A stretch of 63,371 nucleotides of DNA from assembly GCA_016293975.1 (NCBI GenBank), contig JAEDCW010000003.1, forward strand, positions 1 through 63,371, in the 5' to 3' direction. The translations under genes were made by a program, and so were the position numbers. The stretch is from Clostridia bacterium (GTDB taxonomy: Bacteria > Bacillota > Clostridia > Christensenellales > CAG-138). Shown here piece after piece: positions 48,475-56,403 of the stretch; position 1 is the stretch's first letter, and each line of letters begins with the position of its first letter. Below the pieces are notes generated by a model that was not told the origin of the DNA, did not search any database, and saw nothing but the letters and a program-made list of their open reading frames with translations.

Positions 48475-49398
48475 TTGAAGAGGTTTATTTCGTTTTTGCT
48501 CTGCATCGCAGTAGTAATGTCTCTTGTCAGCTTCGGCTGCAACAATGCGCCGGAAGTTGTCGATGAGACACCTAACCCCGTTGTCACACAGGAACCCGAT
48601 AAGACAGAGGAACCTGTCGTGACTACAGAACCCACTGTTGAGCCGGTTATAACGGCTACTCCTGACACAACAGAACCGACTGATGACCCTGTTGAGACTG
48701 TTGCGCCTGTAGAGACACAGCAGCCCACGAATACAACTGTACCGACGACGGCACCGACAACTGTACCGACGACGGCACCGACGACGGCACCGACGACGGC
48801 ACCGACGACTGCACCGAGGACGGCACCCACACCGAGACCCACACCGACACCGGTCCCCACACCGAGACCCACACCGACACCGGTTCCCACACCCACACCG
48901 GCGTCCGGCCCGTATGCCAACTTCTCATCGGAGGATATTCTCACCGGAGCAACGGTAACAGGCGCTATAATCGGCCGTTATGATCTGACCATGATTAATA
49001 TCTGGGCTACATGGTGCGGTCCGTGCGTATCTGAGCTGCCCGCGCTTCAGTCGCTCTATACACAGCTTCCGTCAAACGTCAACATGATGACATGGTGCAA
49101 CGACAGCGGCAGCGCTCTGGCGAGAGCAAAGCAACTGCTCAATAACGTAGGTTCAACATTCTACTCGCTCAAGTGGAATTCAAGGCTTAACAGCATCACA
49201 TCTTGGCTGCAGTTCCTGCCCTCCACCGTGTTCGTGGATAGATACGGCAATCAGGTAGGTGGAGTCGTTACAGGCGCACATTCAGCATCCGGTTATATGA
49301 ACCTCATCAGGGACAGACTGGCAATGCTTGGCTTGGACGGCGGCAATTGCGACGAAGTCGAGAACGTTGGCGGATTGGCAGTCGTATGCGAAAAGTAA
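48475..49398 (+). CDS. TlpA/ResA-like thiol-disulfide oxidoreductase lipoprotein with a long Pro/Thr linker
   Basis: TTG start. Signal peptide plus lipobox (..SLVSFGC). About 110-aa P/T-rich linker. Thioredoxin fold with WATWCGPC. Confidence 0.8.
   Translation: MKRFISFLLCIAVVMSLVSFGCNNAPEVVDETPNPVVTQEPDKTEEPVVTTEPTVEPVITATPDTTEPTDDPVETVAPVETQQPTNTTVPTTAPTTVPTTAPTTAPTTAPTTAPRTAPTPRPTPTPVPTPRPTPTPVPTPTPASGPYANFSSEDILTGATVTGAIIGRYDLTMINIWATWCGPCVSELPALQSLYTQLPSNVNMMTWCNDSGSALARAKQLLNNVGSTFYSLKWNSRLNSITSWLQFLPSTVFVDRYGNQVGGVVTGAHSASGYMNLIRDRLAMLGLDGGNCDEVENVGGLAVVCEK
48733..48900 (+). repeat. in-frame tandem repeats encoding the Pro/Thr linker
   Basis: 2 x 24 bp (ACAACTGTACCGACGACGGCACCG), then about 4 x 12 bp (ACGACGGCACCG and variants), then 2 x 30 bp (ACACCGAGACCCACACCGACACCGGTYCCC). 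Confidence 0.9.
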
Positions 49399-49535
49399 GT
49401 ACGATTTGGACCCTGAGAGCTGTGTTCTTTGTGTTGGCCGGTGCATTTATAGTGTACGGCGTATTGAGCAACGAGCACTATGAGGTTTTTATGAAGGCCA
49501 TTATGATTTGCCTTGAGTGTATTGGTATAGGCTGA
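49386..49535 (+). CDS. small membrane protein with C-terminal CXXC (CD1871A-like family)
   Basis: 49 aa: MRKVSTIWTLRAVFFVLAGAFIVYGVLSNEHYEVFMKAIMICLECIGIG. Overlaps the upstream gene by 13 nt. Confidence 0.6.
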   Translation: MRKVSTIWTLRAVFFVLAGAFIVYGVLSNEHYEVFMKAIMICLECIGIG

Positions 49536-50470
49536 TGGAAAAGAACGTAAAGACTAAGAAAAAACGCAGCTTCAGACTGCTCATTCAGGTTCTCGCGACG
49601 GCATTGACAAACGGCTATGTCATTGGCTTTGCGCAGGGTAAGATTTACCAGGGATCACTTAAGCAGGTTTGCGTACCCGGCCTCAACTGCTACTCATGCC
49701 CCGGCGCTGTAGGCTCATGCCCCATAGGCGCTATGCAGGCGGTATTCGGAAACCCCAGCCGCAACTTCTCGTTTTATGTAATCGGAACGATAATGATGTT
49801 CGGCGTGCTCTTGGGAAGGCTCATATGCGGCTTCCTGTGCCCGTTCGGACTTGTACAGGATTTGCTCCATAAGATCCCTACTCCCAAGCTCAAGATACCC
49901 AAGAAAGTAGACAAGCCTTTGCGTTGGCTTAAATACGTCATCGCGGCGCTCGCTATGCTTCTCCCGGTATTCTTGGTGGACGAGTTTGGCCTGTCAGCAC
50001 CGTATTTCTGCAAGTTCCTGTGTCCTGCGGGAACGCTCGGCGGAGGACTACCCCTCTTGCTCTTCGGAGAGGGGAAGGAGTTTCTCACACAGATGCTGGG
50101 ACCGATATTCACGTGGAAAGCCGTTGTGCTTGCGGTCGTGGTAATTGGCTCTGTGTTAATATACAGACCGTTCTGCAAGTACCTGTGTCCCCTGGGCGCA
50201 TTCTACTCGCTGTTCAATAAGTTCAGCTTCTATCAGCTTAATGTAGATAAAGACAAGTGTACGGGCTGTAAGGCTTGCGAGAGAGCCTGCAAGATGAACG
50301 TAGAAGTGCTCAAGAACATAAACAGCCTCGAGTGCATACGCTGTGGAGACTGTAAGCGTGCCTGTCCTACGGGCGCTATAACCGGCTCATATTTAAAGCT
50401 CAAAAAGCCGGCAACTAAGTCAAACGAGACTGTTTGCACGAGCTGTGACCGGTGTAGCGGATGCAAATAA
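49535..50470 (+). CDS. integral-membrane polyferredoxin (NapH/MauN-like 4Fe-4S binding protein)
   Basis: TGATG coupling to the small ORF. Membrane-proximal CxxCP motifs (CYSCPG, CGFLCPFG, CKFLCPAG, CKYLCPLG). C-terminal CTGCKACERAC and CIRCGDCKRACP clusters. Confidence 0.75.
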   Translation: MEKNVKTKKKRSFRLLIQVLATALTNGYVIGFAQGKIYQGSLKQVCVPGLNCYSCPGAVGSCPIGAMQAVFGNPSRNFSFYVIGTIMMFGVLLGRLICGFLCPFGLVQDLLHKIPTPKLKIPKKVDKPLRWLKYVIAALAMLLPVFLVDEFGLSAPYFCKFLCPAGTLGGGLPLLLFGEGKEFLTQMLGPIFTWKAVVLAVVVIGSVLIYRPFCKYLCPLGAFYSLFNKFSFYQLNVDKDKCTGCKACERACKMNVEVLKNINSLECIRCGDCKRACPTGAITGSYLKLKKPATKSNETVCTSCDRCSGCK

Positions 50471-50496
50471 GCGTCAGGGATCAATAAATCAGAATA

Positions 50497-50534
50497 GGGG
50501 GTGCGGTTTGCTGCACCCCTTTGCTGTGTTTTGT
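50497..50534 (+). terminator. intrinsic terminator after the polyferredoxin gene
   Basis: GGGGTGC / GCACCCC hairpin followed by a T-rich tract. Confidence 0.65.
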
Positions 50535-50648
50535 GAAAAACGACGTCGATATATCCGTACAAGGACCGACGGATGAGGTATAATAACGCTGACACGTATG
50601 AAAGCTGCTTTTTAATGAAAATAGAGCAGAAAAAACAGTAAAACCTCA

Positions 50649-50677
50649 TTGACAGACGCAACACGATATGATAAAGT
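50649..50677 (+). promoter_or_regulatory. candidate promoter for rpmG-secE-nusG
   Basis: TTGACA, 17-nt spacer, TAAAGT. Confidence 0.55.
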
Positions 50678-50753
50678 AAGCAAGCACCCCTTTAGGGGGT
50701 TATTTTGAGTATGCAATTATGTTGCGTGAGAGCGCAACGTATGGGAGGGCAAA

Positions 50754-50903
50754 ATGCGAGTAAAGATTACATTGGCCTGCAGTGAATGCAAGCAGAGGAA
50801 CTACAACACCTATAAAAACAAGAAGAACGATCCTGACAGGCTGGAGTTCAGCAAGTATTGCCGCTTCTGCCGTAAGCACACCGTTCATAAGGAAGCAAAG
50901 TAA
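50754..50903 (+). CDS. rpmG: 50S ribosomal protein L33
   Basis: Not in the ORF track (49 aa): [58 protein letters not shown] upstream. Confidence 0.95.
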   Translation: MRVKITLACSECKQRNYNTYKNKKNDPDRLEFSKYCRFCRKHTVHKEAK

Positions 50904-50918
50904 TAGCAGGAGGCAGCA

Positions 50919-51191
50919 ATGGATAATAACAGCACTCAGCTTCAGAAGAAAAAGGCAACTGCCAAGAAGCCCGGTTTCTTTGGCGCTATCGGCAATTTCT
51001 TCAAGCGCATCGGACTGTACTTCAAGGGTGTGTTCGCCGAGGTCAAAAAGCTTAGCTGGATGAGCGGTAAAGAGCTTGTTACGGCTTGTCTCTCCGTTCT
51101 GGCTTTCGTTGCTTTCTTTGCAATTATAATAGGTCTGCTCGACATGGCGTTCGATGCAGGTATGCTCGGGCTCAACAACCTGGGTAAGTAA
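50919..51191 (+). CDS. secE: preprotein translocase subunit SecE
   Basis: 90 aa. ..FFKGVFAEVKKLSWMSGKELV.. followed by one TM helix. Confidence 0.9.
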   Translation: MDNNSTQLQKKKATAKKPGFFGAIGNFFKRIGLYFKGVFAEVKKLSWMSGKELVTACLSVLAFVAFFAIIIGLLDMAFDAGMLGLNNLGK

Positions 51192-51209
51192 ATCAAACAG
51201 GTGTAACGA

Positions 51210-51800
51210 ATGGAAAAAAGACCAGACGAAGCTAATGGAATAGTTGCAAGATGGTATGTTATACATACCTATTCGGGCTACGAGCAAAAGGTAACCGACA
51301 GCATACTTAAGGCTGTTGAAAACCGTGGCTGGCAGGACAGAATACTTGAGGTCAAGTTTCCAACCGAGGAAGTCACAGAGGTTCGTGACGGAAAGACTCG
51401 CAAGTATCAGCGCAAAATATTCCCCGGCTATGTAATGGTTAAGATGATTATGGACGACAACACATGGTATGTCGTGCGTAACACCAGAGGCGTAACCGGA
51501 TTTGTCGGTCAGCCTTCGAGACTTGTTCAGACAGGCGCAAAGGACGACAACTATGACCACCGTCGCCCGATACCTCTCACGGACGAAGAGGTGACCGCAA
51601 TGGGTGTTGAACGTATTGCGCTGAATGTAAAGTACGACGTTGGCGACAACGTTACTATCGTAGCCGGCCCGCTTAAGGGCTTCACTGGAACTGTAAAGAC
51701 CATCGATCATGAGGCGCAGAAGGTGAAGCTGATAGTCAGCATGTTCGGTAAGGATACGATGGCAGAGCTGGATTTCGTAGAGGTTCAGCAGATCGATTAG
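51210..51800 (+). CDS. nusG: transcription termination/antitermination factor NusG
   Basis: ..RWYVIHTYSGYEQKV.. NGN domain plus a KOW (..GDNVTIVAGPLKGFTGTV..). About 20-aa insertion in the linker. Confidence 0.95.
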   Translation: MEKRPDEANGIVARWYVIHTYSGYEQKVTDSILKAVENRGWQDRILEVKFPTEEVTEVRDGKTRKYQRKIFPGYVMVKMIMDDNTWYVVRNTRGVTGFVGQPSRLVQTGAKDDNYDHRRPIPLTDEEVTAMGVERIALNVKYDVGDNVTIVAGPLKGFTGTVKTIDHEAQKVKLIVSMFGKDTMAELDFVEVQQID

Positions 51801-51890
51801 TTATGTCACCCACAAGGGTTTCATAGTGGGAGGTACGGTGCATTATGCATCATTCCGCTCGCACCACATTTTATTTAGGAGGAAAATCAA

Positions 51891-52316
51891 ATGGCGAAGA
51901 AGATCACCGGCTTTGTAAAGCTGCAGATCCCTGCCGGTAAGGCAACGCCCCAGCCGCCTGTAGGTCCCGCTCTGGGCCAGCATGGCGTTAACATCATGGG
52001 CTTTTGTAAGGAGTTTAACGAGAGAACAGCCAAGCAGGCAGGTCTCATAATCCCCGTAGTCATCACAGTCTACCAGGATCGTTCATTCACCTTTATCACA
52101 AAGACTCCTCCCGCCGCCGTTCTTATCAAGAAGGCTTGCGGTTTGGAGCGCGCATCCGGCCGTCCTAACAAGGAGAAGGTTGCGACAATAACCAAAGCTC
52201 AGGTTCGTGAGATTGCCGAGACGAAGATGCCCGACCTCAATGCAGCAAGCATAGAGACAGCTATGAGCATGGTAGCAGGTACCGCTCGCAGCATGGGCAT
52301 AACCGTAGTAGACTAA
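51891..52316 (+). CDS. rplK: 50S ribosomal protein L11
   Basis: [36 protein letters not shown].. Confidence 0.98.
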   Translation: MAKKITGFVKLQIPAGKATPQPPVGPALGQHGVNIMGFCKEFNERTAKQAGLIIPVVITVYQDRSFTFITKTPPAAVLIKKACGLERASGRPNKEKVATITKAQVREIAETKMPDLNAASIETAMSMVAGTARSMGITVVD

Positions 52317-52367
52317 AGGGACAAGTGGGAGACATTAGTCGCTATTACCACAGGGAGGAAAGAAATT

Positions 52368-53060
52368 ATGAAGCATGGTAAGAAATATATTGAAAGCCTC
52401 AAGGCTATCGACCGTTCCAAGCTGTATGATCCCGCTGAGGGGCTGAACGTCGTCGTTGCGTCCGGCAAGGCTAAGTTTGACGAGACAGTCGAAGCTCACA
52501 TCCGTCTGGGTGTTGACCCCCGTCACGCTGACCAGCAGGTTCGTGGTGCGGTAGTTCTGCCTAACGGTACAGGTAAGGTCGTTCGCGTTCTCGTATTCGC
52601 AAAGGGCGATAAGGCGAGAGAGGCTCAGGAAGCGGGCGCTGATTTCGTTGGCGATGACGACCTCGTTAAGAAGATCCAGACCGAGAACTGGTTTGGCTTC
52701 GATGTTTGCGTGGCAACACCTGATATGATGGGTACTGTCGGCCGTATCGCTCGTATACTGGGACCGAAGGGCCTCATGCCCAACCCCAAGAGCGGAACAG
52801 TTACAATGGACATCACAAAGGCTATCAACGATATCAAAGCCGGTAAGGTTGAGTATCGTGTAGATAAGACCAGTATCGTGCATGTTCCGATCGGAAAGGT
52901 TTCATTCGGCACAGAGAAGCTCCTTGAGAACCTGAACACTCTCATGGACGCCGTTATAAAGGCGAAGCCTACAGCCGCAAAGGGAACATACATCAAGAGT
53001 CTCGTTGTTGCAACGACAATGGGCCCCGGTGTCAAGTTCAACGGTCAGAAGTTCAACTGA
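52368..53060 (+). CDS. rplA: 50S ribosomal protein L1
   Basis: [34 protein letters not shown].. Confidence 0.98.
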   Translation: MKHGKKYIESLKAIDRSKLYDPAEGLNVVVASGKAKFDETVEAHIRLGVDPRHADQQVRGAVVLPNGTGKVVRVLVFAKGDKAREAQEAGADFVGDDDLVKKIQTENWFGFDVCVATPDMMGTVGRIARILGPKGLMPNPKSGTVTMDITKAINDIKAGKVEYRVDKTSIVHVPIGKVSFGTEKLLENLNTLMDAVIKAKPTAAKGTYIKSLVVATTMGPGVKFNGQKFN

Positions 53061-53079
53061 TAAAGTATTAACATCAAAT

Positions 53080-53110
53080 AAGCCGCTCCACATGGGGCGG
53101 CTTTGGTTTT
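53080..53110 (+). terminator. intrinsic terminator after rplA
   Basis: AAGCCGC / GCGGCTT hairpin followed by a T-rich tract. Confidence 0.7.
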
Positions 53111-53200
53111 GCAGTAAAGCTCTGCAATCAGCATATATACGATTATGTTCTTTAGGAATTCAAGGCAAACAAAAACAGCCCTTTATGTACTGTTTTTTGT

Positions 53201-53896
53201 TCACTGTTCGTAATTGACTACCCTATCCAAGACCTCGGCTCTAAGTGCCGCATCTATCGCAAGATCGCATCTGCCAACTTTTCCGGGCCTGTGTGCATCG
53301 CTGTTTATTATAAAGCTCGCGCCCAGTTCCTTTGCGCGAATCAAATCCTCATTCGACATTGTCACGCGCGAGCCGTTTATCTCGAGTGGTACTCCGTACT
53401 CTGCAGAAGCTATTGCGAGCGGCTCTATGCTCATCGGTATGTAGAGCGAGGGGTGAGATATGAAAGTTATCTTATGTTTTTTGATGCACTCGACTATCGC
53501 CTCCGCGTTGAGCTTCGGGTTTTTGCCTATGCCTAATAGCTGTAGCGAGGCCTTTACGCCGTAGCTGTCCTTTGGGATAAAGCCCTTGTGGAAACCCAAT
53601 GCCACAACGTCGCAGAAGCCTTGCTCGGGTATGTCGCTTTCGCCAAAACCAAGAAGGTCGCACTCGAGCCCGAAAAGCACCTCGATTTGAAAAGCATACT
53701 TTTGTTTGAGCTGTTCTACCTCGTCTTTGAGTCTTAGCAGTTTCTCTCCGCGGACACCGTAAAAAACATGGCCGGGTGCGTGCTCACATATTGCAACGCG
53801 CTTGAGACCGACATTTATAGCGGCAAGGACGTTCTCCTCGGGAGTGCCCTTGCCGTGACTGTATACTGTATGCGTATGTATGTCGCTTATCAGCAT
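53201..53896 (-). CDS. PHP-domain phosphoesterase (HisJ/histidinol-phosphatase-like family)
   Basis: MLISDIHTHTVYSHGKG.. plus downstream His/Asp metal ligands (..CEHAPGH.., ..INSDAH..). Confidence 0.75.
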   Translation of the reverse strand: MLISDIHTHTVYSHGKGTPEENVLAAINVGLKRVAICEHAPGHVFYGVRGEKLLRLKDEVEQLKQKYAFQIEVLFGLECDLLGFGESDIPEQGFCDVVALGFHKGFIPKDSYGVKASLQLLGIGKNPKLNAEAIVECIKKHKITFISHPSLYIPMSIEPLAIASAEYGVPLEINGSRVTMSNEDLIRAKELGASFIINSDAHRPGKVGRCDLAIDAALRAEVLDRVVNYEQ

Positions 53897-53903
53897 ATTT
53901 GCT

Positions 53904-54701
53904 TTATCTGTATTTCTTGTTGCTCGTCTTCTTCTCGATGAGGTAAACGAGCACTTTCATGAGTGCGTACTGGGCCGTGTTTGTCTCGCGTCCCGAGAGC
54001 GCCTTAATGTCGTCGACACGGGCGGCGCAGAAGTGGTAGTCGCAAAGCATCGATACGGGTGATGTGACGTTGTTGCAGATGAGTGCACAGGTTGCACCGT
54101 TTGCGTGAGCGGCCTTTATGGTGTCGTTTACGTCCTTAGTCGTCCCCGAGCGTGAGAATGCGAGAACTACGTCTTCATCCGTAAGGTGAGAGGCGTATGC
54201 AAGGCTCAGTCCGCGCTCCGTAGCGGAGTTGGCGTCTATGCCCCTAAGCGTGAGATGCCTTGCAAACAGGTCTGCAAGCACACCGGATTCGTCTTTGCCT
54301 ATTACCAGCACGCGCTTTGCGTTGAGTATAGCGTCGCAGAAATTTGAAAGTTTCTTTGCGTCGAGCACCTTTGCGGTATCTTCGATGCACTTGCTTACGA
54401 GCAACAGAAGCTTCTCGGCGGCGACATCGTCTGGATCGTTTGCTCGTATAGGCTCAACATCAAGGGGAGAGGGATTCGAGATTCCCGAGGCAAGGGCAAC
54501 GCGGAAGCTCATAAATCCGTCGTAGCCGAGCTTCTTTGAAAGCCTTGTCACAGATGGAACGCTAACTTCGGCGGCCGCCGCTATCTCGTTTATGACCATC
54601 AGAGAAGCCCTCTGAGGGTCTTCAAGTATAAAGTCAGCTACCTTTCTCTCAGCCGTGGGCAGACTGGCATAAGCGGATTTTATCTTCATTAGTGCAGGCA
54701 T
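53904..54701 (-). CDS. MurR/RpiR-family transcriptional regulator (HTH plus SIS)
   Basis: Start at the ATG after AAGGAG. HTH ..INEIAAAAEVSVPSVTRLSKKLGYDGF.. and a SIS domain ..VLVIGKDESG.. Confidence 0.8.
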   Translation of the reverse strand: MPALMKIKSAYASLPTAERKVADFILEDPQRASLMVINEIAAAAEVSVPSVTRLSKKLGYDGFMSFRVALASGISNPSPLDVEPIRANDPDDVAAEKLLLLVSKCIEDTAKVLDAKKLSNFCDAILNAKRVLVIGKDESGVLADLFARHLTLRGIDANSATERGLSLAYASHLTDEDVVLAFSRSGTTKDVNDTIKAAHANGATCALICNNVTSPVSMLCDYHFCAARVDDIKALSGRETNTAQYALMKVLVYLIEKKTSNKKYR

Positions 54702-54979
54702 TGTACACTCCTTAGCTGATGTAAAAAATACACCTGTTTTTTTCTTAATTATAAAACATTGTTCATATGATTTCAATAAAGTATTTGAACAAAACAGCTA
54801 CTAAATGAAACAGAAATGTAAAATATTCCCAACTCGAGGAAGAATACGACCAAATCGGGCCATTTAGAGCTTATATTTGCTCAAAATGAATACATATATA
54901 AATGAATTAAGCAACTCTTAAAACAGCAACTATGTTATAATTAAACGTCCAAAAATGTATGTATGCGAGGTATGTGAAA

Positions 54980-55354
54980 ATGAAGGAACAAAAAAATGCT
55001 CCGGGCCTGTTCGTGATAGTGTTCGCAGTCTGTTTTGCAATAGCTTGGGTCGTCATGGGAGTGAGCATGGCAGGCAGCGGAATGAAGCTTGCGCTCGTCA
55101 TGTTGCCTTTTGGCATACTCGTACCTGCGTTTATCATTTCCGCAGTGGTGAAGTCCGCTAGGAAGGGAAATTCGGGTGATGCACCTGTGAATGCGGACGA
55201 GGTCAACCGGGTGCTCGAAAGTTCGGCGCAGACACTGACGGGAGAAAGCACGGAGCAAAAACAAAGGAGCTATGTTAAGTGTGCCTACTGCGGAATGCAG
55301 ATTGAGGAAGCTGCGGCATTCTGCACGTATTGCGGAGCGGCAAAGGTACGATAA
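54980..55354 (+). CDS. small membrane protein with a C-terminal zinc ribbon
   Basis: Two TM helices, then CAYCG...CTYCG. The start is ambiguous (54959 or 54980). Confidence 0.55.
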   Translation: MKEQKNAPGLFVIVFAVCFAIAWVVMGVSMAGSGMKLALVMLPFGILVPAFIISAVVKSARKGNSGDAPVNADEVNRVLESSAQTLTGESTEQKQRSYVKCAYCGMQIEEAAAFCTYCGAAKVR

Positions 55355-55364
55355 GGGAGATACG

Positions 55365-56072
55365 ATGGAGAGGATAGACGACCTGCAATATAAAAACCTG
55401 CGTCTTATTCAAGATCCGGAGAAATTCTGTTTTACCACGGACTCGGTATTGCTCTCTGCGTTTGCTTCGGCAAAGCGTACAGACAGAGTAGTCGACATAG
55501 GGAGCGGTACGGGAGTGCTTTCGTTCTTGCTCAATGCGCGCACGAGTGCAAGTGTTACGGGCATAGAGCTGAGACAGGACGTGCTCGACATGGCAAACCG
55601 TAGTAAGGAGCTAAACAATTCCGTGGGAATAAGCTTTTATAACATGGACTTGCGCGATGCTCCGGCGGCTTTCGGGGACGGTGCGTTTGATGTTGCGATA
55701 TGCAATCCGCCGTACTTCGATGGCTCAATTCGCCCAAAAGAGGAAAACAAGGTCGTCAGCAGACACATGACGGAATGCAGTATTGAGGACGTGTGCGTTT
55801 GTGCAAAGCGACTCCTCCACGAGGGTGGAAAGCTATATATGGTGTTCCCGACATCGAGACTGTTTGAGCTCGCAAAGTCAATGACAGACAATAGGCTCAA
55901 TATAAAACGCATTAGGACGGTTCAGCACAGCGAAGCGCAGAGTCCGCACATAGCGCTTATTGAGGCAAAGCGCGGCGCTGCGTTTTCGTGTATTTGGGAG
56001 AAGCCCCTCATACTGTGCAACGAGCACGGCGAGTACACGGAGGAAACCGCAAGAATTTATCATATTATTTGA
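55365..56072 (+). CDS. SAM-dependent N6-adenine methyltransferase, TrmN6/YabB-like
   Basis: MERIDDLQYKNLRLIQ.. SAM motif VVDIGSGTGVLS. Catalytic NPPY. The first 31 codons of the track ORF overlap the previous gene and are discounted. Confidence 0.8.
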   Translation: MERIDDLQYKNLRLIQDPEKFCFTTDSVLLSAFASAKRTDRVVDIGSGTGVLSFLLNARTSASVTGIELRQDVLDMANRSKELNNSVGISFYNMDLRDAPAAFGDGAFDVAICNPPYFDGSIRPKEENKVVSRHMTECSIEDVCVCAKRLLHEGGKLYMVFPTSRLFELAKSMTDNRLNIKRIRTVQHSEAQSPHIALIEAKRGAAFSCIWEKPLILCNEHGEYTEETARIYHII

Positions 56073-56089
56073 TTTTGGTGTATGCTTCA

Positions 56090-56382
56090 TTGACAAAAAT
56101 GGGACAATAAGAGTATACTACGAAAAAATATTCTGCTATGAAGGAAAGAGTAAGCAGGGCATACTATCAAAGAGAGTCGGCGGGCGAAAGCCAATGCTGA
56201 AAGCCGATATAGGTGTTTTGCCGAACATGGCTCCGGAGCGGCCTCGCCGAAGTAATTTAAGTGAGGAGGGTGCGCCCTATAAAGCGCAGTCTTATGAGTC
56301 CCGGTTTAATTATAGGGAGAAGTAGGGTGGTACCGCGATTGAATCAGTCGCCCCTATGCAAAAATGCAGGGGCGCTTTTTTT
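56090..56382 (+). promoter_or_regulatory. promoter plus Met-specific T-box leader of metG
   Basis: TTGACA, 18-nt spacer, TATACT. Stem I AGAGAGT element. Candidate specifier ATG in ..GAACATGGC.. T-box AGGGTGGTACCGCG. Terminator GCCCCTATGCAAAAATGCAGGGGC followed by T8. Confidence 0.85.
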
Positions 56383-56403
56383 GCCCCAAACAGGAGGAAA
56401 AAT

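Noticed and set aside
48733-48900. Tandem repeats as a possible CRISPR array.
   Set aside because: The repeats are contiguous with no spacers, in frame within a CDS, and only 12-30 bp long. There are no cas genes.
48327-48944. 205-aa Gly/Val-rich ORF on the minus strand.
   Set aside because: It is the mirror image of the Pro/Thr tandem repeats of the lipoprotein gene, an artefact of repeat composition.
50685-50707. ACCCC-TTTAG-GGGGT hairpin plus a U-tract right after the rpmG promoter, considered as an attenuator.
   Set aside because: The stem is only 5 bp and sits close to the predicted transcription start. It is more likely a 5'-end stabilising hairpin or chance.
50700-51710. 336-aa ORF on the minus strand.
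   Set aside because: It is entirely antisense to rpmG-secE-nusG, which have unmistakable products. It has no SD and a low-complexity composition, so it is a shadow ORF.
51801-51890. Hairpins upstream of rplK as an L1-binding autoregulatory leader.
   Set aside because: This is plausible from general knowledge, but I could not verify the L1 recognition motif by eye, so no feature was called.
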